This document shows, piece by piece, positions 26,409 to 32,000 of a DNA stretch of 32,000 nucleotides. The stretch covers positions 100,416 to 132,415 of the forward strand of contig JBGAPK010000009.1 in the NCBI GenBank assembly GCA_044221315.1, in the 5' to 3' direction. Position 1 is the first letter of the stretch. The number at the start of each line of letters is the position of its first letter. A program made the position numbers and the translations under genes. The notes beneath the pieces are model-generated. The model worked only from the letters and a program-made list of their open reading frames with translations, did not search any database and was not told where the DNA came from. Source of the DNA: Phycisphaerales bacterium. Its GTDB lineage: Bacteria > Planctomycetota > Phycisphaerae > Phycisphaerales > UBA1924.

Positions 26409-28898
26409 ATGCCACGCCGCCTTGCGCTCCTCACCCTTCTCGCCTGCACCACAGCAGACGCGACCGAAGTTGTCTTCACCCTGAACCGCCCCGAGGCGGC
26501 CAAGGTCTACCTCGCCGGAGATTTCAACGCCTGGGCCCGCAACACCGGCGGCAAGGTCTCCGATTCGTCCGCGCTCATGCAGCGCGATGATCAAGGGGTC
26601 TGGAAACAGACGCTCGACATCGACGCGCCCATCGCCCGCTACAAGTTTGTCGTTGAGAAGCCTGACCACACGTTTGAATGGCTTGCAGACCCAGCCGCGA
26701 CCGAGCACGACCGCGATGGCAACAGCATTCTCTTTGTCGGTGCCGCCACTCTCCAACCCATCGCGGAGGCAAAGCAGATCCAGGTGCGCTCTACCCCGGA
26801 AGGGCGCACCTCGGTCCTCGTCCTGCGCAACGCCAAAGGCGAATTCCGCGACGCCATCGAAGTCAGCGGCTCTGTAAGCGCCGGCGACCACTTCACCGTC
26901 TCGATCGTCAGCGACAACGCCGCCTCTCTCGAGTGGTCCTCCGGCAACGGCGAACTGCGAGGCTTCGAAGCCCGCATCCGCGATAACAGCCGCTACCTCG
27001 GCGGCGGCGAACGCTTCAACGCCATCAACCAGAAGGGTAATGTCCTTTGGATGGCCGCGAGCGATCATCCGGAGGACAAAGGCCTCAGCACCTACAAGCC
27101 CGTCCCATTCATCATCAGCACCCGCGGATACTCCGTCTGGCTTGACAGCACCTCGCCCAGCACCTTCGACCTCAACTCCACCGACCGCGATCACGTCATC
27201 ATCCGCGATTCCGCGGCTCGCATGCGCCTGGTCATCATCGCCGGAGAGAATCCCGCCGAAAACCTCGCCGAATTCACCCGCCTCACCGGCCGCCCGCCCG
27301 TCCCTCCCGCATGGGCATTTGCCCCGTGGAAGAGCCGCGACGTCCACTTCAATCGAAACGAAGTGATCGCCGACGCTGAACTGAGCCGCAAGCACCACCT
27401 CCCCGGCTCTGTCATCGTCCTCGACAGCCCGTGGGAAACCGGATACAACGATTTTCTACTCAACGAGCAGCAATTCGAGCAGCCCGCCGCGATGTTCGAG
27501 CGCATCGCGAATCTCGGATTCGTCCCCTGCTTCTGGCTGACCCCGTTCATCAACCAGTCCAATGTCATCGACATGCGAGGCATTACCGCCGGCCCCTCAC
27601 GAAACTTCCAAGAAGCAAAGGACAAGGGCTTTCTGGTCCGGCGCCCCGACGGCCAGCCCTCCATCGTCCCCTGGTGGAAAGGAAAGGGCGCCCTCGTCGA
27701 TTTCACCAACCCCGACGCCACCGCCTGGTGGCAGCACCAGATGGAACCGATGCTCGCCTGGGGCGTTGCCGCTCTCAAGTGCGACGATGGCGAGAGCAAC
27801 TTCGTCACCGACGCCGTCTTCCACGACGGCTCCACCGCCGCCCAGATGAAGGGCCGCTACGCCCAGCTCTACCTCAAGGCCGCAAGCGATTTTCTCCAGC
27901 AACACCGCCCCAACGATCACGCCCTCATCGCCCGCTGCGGCTTCACCGGCACCGGCCAATACCCCTTCGGCTGGGCCGGCGACAACCACGCTGACTTCTC
28001 GTTCGAGAACGGCCTCCCCGGCGTCATCATCGCCGCGCAAACCGCGTCTCTCTCCGGCCTCCCCATGTGGGGCTGCGATATTGCCGGCTACATGGGCAAC
28101 GCCACACCGGAACTCTTCATCCGCTGGACACAGTTCGCCGCGTTCACGCCGCTGATGATGGTGCACATGCAGTCGAACAAAGGGCCGTGGGATTACGGCG
28201 ACAAGGCGCTCGACACCTATCGCACCTTCGCCAGACTGCACACGGCGCTCTACCCCTACATCGAGAACACCGCCCAAGCCGCGGCCAACGAAGGCATCCC
28301 CATCATCCGTCCGATGGCCTATGCCTTTCCCGAAGACGAAAAAGCCTCCCGCGAGCAATTCCAATTCCTGTTCGGTCCGGACCTTCTCGTTGCCCCGATG
28401 TTCCAGAGCGGCACGCAGCGGGCGGTCCGCCTGCCCCGCGCCAAATGGATCGACTTCTGGAGCGGCAACATCGAAGCGGGAGACCGAACAGTCGTCGTCG
28501 ATGCCCCACTCGAGCACATTCCGCTCTTCGTCCGCGAGGGCGCGATCATCCCCATGCTCGACTCGGGCATCGACACCTTATTGAAAAAATCCCCGGCGAT
28601 CGACTCAAGCGTAAAGTGTCTCGATGACAGCCTCACCTTCGAAGTCTGGCCCGGCGAGCGTGGCGAACTGAAATCCGCCGATGGAGCCACCGCGACACTC
28701 TCCGCCCGCGATGGAAAACGCGAACTTCGCTTCTCACCAGGCCTTCGCCGCGATATCCGGATTCGCCTCCGCTTCGCCCCAGCGGACACCAAGGTCGAGC
28801 GGCCAGACTCCCCCGATCCGCAAGCGATTCGCGAAGGCGATGCCGTGGTTCTCAACTTCCCGGCCCTCGAGTCCGAGCGCACGATCTCGTGGCGCTAG
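26409..28898 (+). CDS. Secreted glycoside hydrolase family 31 (alpha-glucosidase/alpha-xylosidase-like) with N-terminal CBM48/AMPK-type glycogen-binding-like module
   Basis: Signal peptide 'MPRRLALLTLLACTTADA'. E-set/CBM48-like block 'VVFTLNRPEAAKVYLAGDFNAW...GVWKQTLDI..ARYKFVV'. GH31 nucleophile region 'AALKCDDGES' and acid/base region 'FGWAGDNHADF'. Start at ATG 26409. The track ORF from 26226 overlaps the antiporter gene out of context. Confidence 0.85.
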   Translation: MPRRLALLTLLACTTADATEVVFTLNRPEAAKVYLAGDFNAWARNTGGKVSDSSALMQRDDQGVWKQTLDIDAPIARYKFVVEKPDHTFEWLADPAATEHDRDGNSILFVGAATLQPIAEAKQIQVRSTPEGRTSVLVLRNAKGEFRDAIEVSGSVSAGDHFTVSIVSDNAASLEWSSGNGELRGFEARIRDNSRYLGGGERFNAINQKGNVLWMAASDHPEDKGLSTYKPVPFIISTRGYSVWLDSTSPSTFDLNSTDRDHVIIRDSAARMRLVIIAGENPAENLAEFTRLTGRPPVPPAWAFAPWKSRDVHFNRNEVIADAELSRKHHLPGSVIVLDSPWETGYNDFLLNEQQFEQPAAMFERIANLGFVPCFWLTPFINQSNVIDMRGITAGPSRNFQEAKDKGFLVRRPDGQPSIVPWWKGKGALVDFTNPDATAWWQHQMEPMLAWGVAALKCDDGESNFVTDAVFHDGSTAAQMKGRYAQLYLKAASDFLQQHRPNDHALIARCGFTGTGQYPFGWAGDNHADFSFENGLPGVIIAAQTASLSGLPMWGCDIAGYMGNATPELFIRWTQFAAFTPLMMVHMQSNKGPWDYGDKALDTYRTFARLHTALYPYIENTAQAAANEGIPIIRPMAYAFPEDEKASREQFQFLFGPDLLVAPMFQSGTQRAVRLPRAKWIDFWSGNIEAGDRTVVVDAPLEHIPLFVREGAIIPMLDSGIDTLLKKSPAIDSSVKCLDDSLTFEVWPGERGELKSADGATATLSARDGKRELRFSPGLRRDIRIRLRFAPADTKVERPDSPDPQAIREGDAVVLNFPALESERTISWR

Positions 28899-28913
28899 CG
28901 GGATTTCAATCGC

Positions 28914-28934
28914 GGCGCGGCGCTACTCCGCGCC
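28914..28934. terminator. Hairpin between the convergent GH31 and NADAR genes (7-bp GC stem, 7-nt loop)
   Basis: ggcgcgg (28914-28920) pairs with ccgcgcc (28928-28934). It lies in the 24-nt gap and overlaps the NADAR stop codon. It could act bidirectionally. No U-tract. Confidence 0.3.
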
Positions 28935-29468
28935 CCGGCCGCGACATTCCTCCCGAACCCGCATGAGAATCTTTCCGAGCCGATTCTCGCCCTGCCCCTC
29001 ATACACACCCCACACCCGATCGCCCCACGCATTCCCCTCCACCAGTTCCGCATTCCCGGTGGCGAGTAATTTGGCGCGCAGATCCGGATGCGTCATGAAC
29101 TTCGCCCGAACGCAGACTTCCATCACCTCAAACTTGGCCGTTTCCCAATCCGGCCGCAGCGACAACGCCCGGCCGGCGCGCTTGGCCTCCGCCGGGTCCG
29201 AAATCGCCGCGATGCGCCTGCGATCCTCCGTGTTCAGCGACTTCGCGGCCTGATATGCATGCTCAACGCTCGGATATCGAATCCCCTCGAACTCGATCTC
29301 CGCCGGCCAGAAGTTGGAGAGAAACCGGTACTCGCCCTGAAATTCGTCAATTGTCGGCGGCACGACGCGCGCGGGAGGTTCCCCGCGCCTTTGCATCGGG
29401 CCGTCGGCGGGTTGATTCACGCAGCCGGCAGCCGCCACCGCAAGGAGCAACGCAGACAGCCACCGCAC
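28923..29468 (-). CDS. NADAR-family (YbiA/DUF1768) N-glycosidase-like protein with lipoprotein-type signal peptide
   Basis: NADAR blocks 'EYRFLSNFWP', 'YPSVEHAYQAAKS', 'DWE..KFEVMEVCVRAKF', 'GNAWGDRVWG'. N-terminus 'MRWLSALLLAVAAAGC' resembles a lipobox. GTG 29468 lies 3 nt after the dihydropyrimidinase stop, with 'GAGGGG' 7 nt upstream. An internal ATG at 29396 would give a leaderless-signal cytosolic form. Confidence 0.8.
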   Translation of the reverse strand: MRWLSALLLAVAAAGCVNQPADGPMQRRGEPPARVVPPTIDEFQGEYRFLSNFWPAEIEFEGIRYPSVEHAYQAAKSLNTEDRRRIAAISDPAEAKRAGRALSLRPDWETAKFEVMEVCVRAKFMTHPDLRAKLLATGNAELVEGNAWGDRVWGVYEGQGENRLGKILMRVREECRGRGAE

Positions 29469-29471
29469 GCG

Positions 29472-30857
29472 TCAACCCCTCGGCACCAGTCTCCCCGCCC
29501 CCATCTTCCCCACAAACTGCCCGCCCTTCACCATGATCTGCCCGCGCACCGTCACCACGTCGCTGCGTCCCTTGAGTTCCCAGCCCTCGAACGCCGAGTA
29601 GTCCGTCGCCATGTGGTGGTGCGTCTTGTCTTTCGCGCTGATCTTGCCGCGGTAAGAAGGGTCGTACACAACCAGATCCGCATCCGATCCCACCGCGATC
29701 GTCCCCTTTCCCTTCAACCCGAAAATCCGCGCCGCCTGCGTGCTCGCCGCATCGACAAACGTGTGCAGATCGATCTTCCCCGTCGTCACGCCGTTGGTGT
29801 ACAGGATGTCCACGCGGTTTCCAACCGAAGGAATCCCATTCGGAATCTTCGTGAACGCGTCCTTTCCCATCGACTTCTGCGCCTCAAAGTCAAACGGTGC
29901 GTGATCCGTCGCCACCGTCGCGATCGCCCTCGACGCCAGCTGCGCCCACATCTTCGGCAATTGGCTTTCGTGCCGCAGCGGCGGCGACATCACGTACTTC
30001 GCGCCCTCAAAGCCCGGCTTCTGCGTGTACGAGTGATCAACCACCAGATGCGGCAGCACCACCTCGATGTGCGCCTTCACCCCCCGCGATATCGCGCACT
30101 GCGCTTCCAGCACGGCTTCGTTGCACGAAGTGTGAACGACGTAGACCTCCGCCCCGGTCAGTTCCGCAAACGTCATCAGGTGATGCACGCCCTCCGCCTC
30201 GACCTGAACCGGGCGTGACCGCTCGTGAAATTCGGGCGCCGTCTTCCCCGCCGCGAGAAGTTCCTTCTGCCGCTCATCCACCAGCGTCTCATTTTCGCAG
30301 TGCGCCGTCACCACCACCCCGAGCTCCTTCGCCAGCTTGAGCGCGTGGTACAGCTCCCGGTCATCCACCCCGAGCGCCCCCTTGTACGCCAGAAAGACCT
30401 TGAACGACCGGATCCCCCGCTTCACAATCTCCCGGAACTGCTTCGCCGCCGAATCATCAAACCGTGTCACCCCCATGTGAAACGTGAAGTCGCACGCGCT
30501 CGTCCCCTGCGCCTTCCCCAGCCACATCTCAAACGCCGCCATCGGCTCGTCCGTCTTCCCCGGGCAGATCATCTCGATCAGCGTCGTTGTCCCCCCCAAA
30601 AGCGCGGCACGCGACGCAGTCTCCCACGTGTCCTTTGCGTACGTCCCCATGAACGGCAGGTAAATGTGCACGTGCGGATCAATGAACCCGGGGAAAACAT
30701 ACTTTCCCGAGGCGTCCACGACCTCCGTCCCCGCCGCGCACGACTTCGCGTCGATGTTCTTTTCAATCCGCGTGATCGTGTCCGTGGCGCAATAGATGTC
30801 CGCCGTGTAATCGTCCGTGGCCGTGATGATCCGACCGTTCTTGATGAGTAGGGGCAT
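29472..30857 (-). CDS. Dihydropyrimidinase / D-hydantoinase (cyclic amidohydrolase)
   Basis: 'FIDPHVHIYLPF' (HxH), 'FKVFLAYKG' (carboxylated Lys context), 'VTAHCENE', 'VATDHAPF'. 461 aa. Start is 12 nt after the upstream PreA-like stop. Confidence 0.92.
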   Translation of the reverse strand: MPLLIKNGRIITATDDYTADIYCATDTITRIEKNIDAKSCAAGTEVVDASGKYVFPGFIDPHVHIYLPFMGTYAKDTWETASRAALLGGTTTLIEMICPGKTDEPMAAFEMWLGKAQGTSACDFTFHMGVTRFDDSAAKQFREIVKRGIRSFKVFLAYKGALGVDDRELYHALKLAKELGVVVTAHCENETLVDERQKELLAAGKTAPEFHERSRPVQVEAEGVHHLMTFAELTGAEVYVVHTSCNEAVLEAQCAISRGVKAHIEVVLPHLVVDHSYTQKPGFEGAKYVMSPPLRHESQLPKMWAQLASRAIATVATDHAPFDFEAQKSMGKDAFTKIPNGIPSVGNRVDILYTNGVTTGKIDLHTFVDAASTQAARIFGLKGKGTIAVGSDADLVVYDPSYRGKISAKDKTHHHMATDYSAFEGWELKGRSDVVTVRGQIMVKGGQFVGKMGAGRLVPRG

Positions 30858-30869
30858 GGTGTTCTGTGC

Positions 30870-32000
30870 TCAGTTTGCGACAAGCTTATTCGACTGCTCC
30901 ACGAACTTATCCCCCGTCCATTGAGTGTCCTTGGTCACACGTCCCTCCGCCGCGGCCTTCTCCAACGCCTTTGCCTTTGCCTGCCGCTCCACAAGATCAT
31001 GGTGCGTCGTGAAGTACTGCAGCGAGTGCCCCCGGAACTCCTCAATCGTCTTGAACCCCTTCGCGTCCATGAACGCCGACAGCCCGCGGCACAACTCCTT
31101 CACCAGCCCATACCCGTGAATCATCACCCCCGTGCACACCTGCACCGTGTTGCCGCCGAGCAGAATGAACTGCGCCGCATCCTCCCCGGTCTCCACGCCG
31201 CCGATCGCCGAGAGCGACCGCCCCGGGAACTCCGCCTTGATCATCCGCGCGCACTCCATCACCATCCGCAGCGCGATCGGCCGCACCGCCTTGCATGAAT
31301 AGCCGCCCGGCGTCGTGTATCCCTCGACCGTCGGCTCCGGCCGCAGCGTCTTCAAGTCCACTCCCATCACGCACAGAATCGTGTTGATCGCCGCGATTCC
31401 CTCGCAACCGTTCCGAAGCGCCGCCCGCGCCGGCTCCTCGATGTGCGTGATATTGGGCGTCATTTTCGCCCACACCGGCTTCTTGCTCACCCCGTTCACC
31501 CAGCCGCAGACGGTGCCCAGCACCTCGCAGTCCTGCCCCATCGCCGCGCCCATCTTTCGTTCCGGCAGACCGTGCGGACACGAGAAGTTCAACTCAAACG
31601 CATCCACCCCCGCGTCCTGACACCGCTCGACGATCTCGCACCACGCGTCCTTGTTGTACTCCTCCATGATCGACGCGATCAGGATCCGGTCCGGGTACTT
31701 CTGCTTGACCTGCTTGAATTCTTCGATCCACGTGTCGAACGGCCGGTCTGAAATCAACTCAATATTCTGCCATCCGACGATGGTCTCGCTCCCCTTCGGC
31801 CCCACGCGCATGCGCGCATACCGCGGCGCGACGTTGATCACTTTCGACGCGTCAAGGCTCACGGTCTTGGCGATCACCGCCCCCCAGCCCTCTTCGAATG
31901 CCTTGTTGATCACGTTCGCATTGGTCCCGGGCGGGCCCGAGCCGATCACAAACGGGTTGGGCATCTTCAATCCGTCAACGGTTACGCTCAGGTCAGCCAT
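30870..32000 (-). CDS. Dihydropyrimidine dehydrogenase catalytic (FMN/pyrimidine-binding, DHODH-like) subunit, PreA/DPD domain-IV-like, without C-terminal ferredoxin domain
   Basis: 'LKMPNPFVIGSGPPGT', catalytic-Cys loop 'LNFSCPHG', 'AKMTPNIT', 'GGVETGEDAAQFILLGGNTVQVCTG'. The ATG sits at 31998-32000, the last bases of the window. The N-terminus 'MADLSVTV..' looks native, but an upstream extension cannot be excluded. Confidence 0.85.
   Translation of the reverse strand: MADLSVTVDGLKMPNPFVIGSGPPGTNANVINKAFEEGWGAVIAKTVSLDASKVINVAPRYARMRVGPKGSETIVGWQNIELISDRPFDTWIEEFKQVKQKYPDRILIASIMEEYNKDAWCEIVERCQDAGVDAFELNFSCPHGLPERKMGAAMGQDCEVLGTVCGWVNGVSKKPVWAKMTPNITHIEEPARAALRNGCEGIAAINTILCVMGVDLKTLRPEPTVEGYTTPGGYSCKAVRPIALRMVMECARMIKAEFPGRSLSAIGGVETGEDAAQFILLGGNTVQVCTGVMIHGYGLVKELCRGLSAFMDAKGFKTIEEFRGHSLQYFTTHHDLVERQAKAKALEKAAAEGRVTKDTQWTGDKFVEQSNKLVAN

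Noticed and set aside
17440-30218. Other long shadow ORFs: 17440-18753(+), 20381-21166(-), 23144-24370(-), 25214-26503(-), 26331-27398(-), 27597-28517(-), 29088-30218(+). The same type also occurs outside this span at 4993-5973(-), 5789-6865(-), 10252-11337(-) and 14656-15696(-).
   Set aside because: Each lies antisense or out of frame to a gene with strong family signatures. Their translations are dominated by Arg, Gly, Pro, Asp and His runs typical of off-frame GC-rich sequence. None shows a motif I recognise.
30591-30597. C7 homopolymer inside the dihydropyrimidinase gene (G7 on the coding strand, encoding Gly-Gly) as a possible slippage or phase-variation tract
   Set aside because: The tract is short, lies in a conserved 'LLGGTTT' region of a metabolic enzyme, and the reading frame is intact. 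No evidence supports switching.

Overview
GC-rich (by eye, not computed), gene-dense bacterial chromosomal segment. I can support 23 protein-coding genes. I found no rRNA or tRNA genes, CRISPR array, transposase, integrase or phage genes, and no recognisable transcription-factor gene. Most of the window is ordinary core metabolism: a 5'-truncated Rieske oxygenase, an OsmC-like protein, aspS, an SDR, an orphan solute-binding protein, pyruvate kinase, cinA, an EmrA/EmrB-type pump pair, NDH-2, a homogentisate-dioxygenase-family enzyme, a CPA2 antiporter and a secreted GH31 glycosidase. The most coherent multi-gene unit is a split reductive pyrimidine (uracil/thymine) catabolism locus. On the + strand at 20.5-24.5 kb it has a nitrilase-type beta-ureidopropionase, an NCS1 permease and an AGXT2-like aminotransferase. 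On the - strand at 28.9-32.0 kb it has a DPD/PreA-like dehydrogenase, a dihydropyrimidinase and a NADAR-family protein. Items worth a second look: (1) the NADAR protein has a lipoprotein-like signal peptide and sits 3 nt after the dihydropyrimidinase stop; (2) the PreA-like dehydrogenase lacks the usual C-terminal 4Fe-4S domain; (3) an orphan 808-aa HerA/YjgR-like P-loop ATPase carries a C-terminal extension of about 330 aa that I cannot assign; (4) the longest intergenic gap contains a perfect 16-bp palindrome on the start of a small unknown ORF that precedes a CvpA-like membrane protein; (5) a C-rich/G-rich hairpin and G-quadruplex motif lies between the permease and the aminotransferase. 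I did not find convincing evidence of a novel multi-gene system such as a defence island, toxin-antitoxin module or biosynthetic cluster. The candidates above are modest and rest on by-eye motif recognition, not database searches. The many long antisense and off-frame ORFs in the track look like high-GC artefacts. The lineage cannot be determined from the sequence alone.
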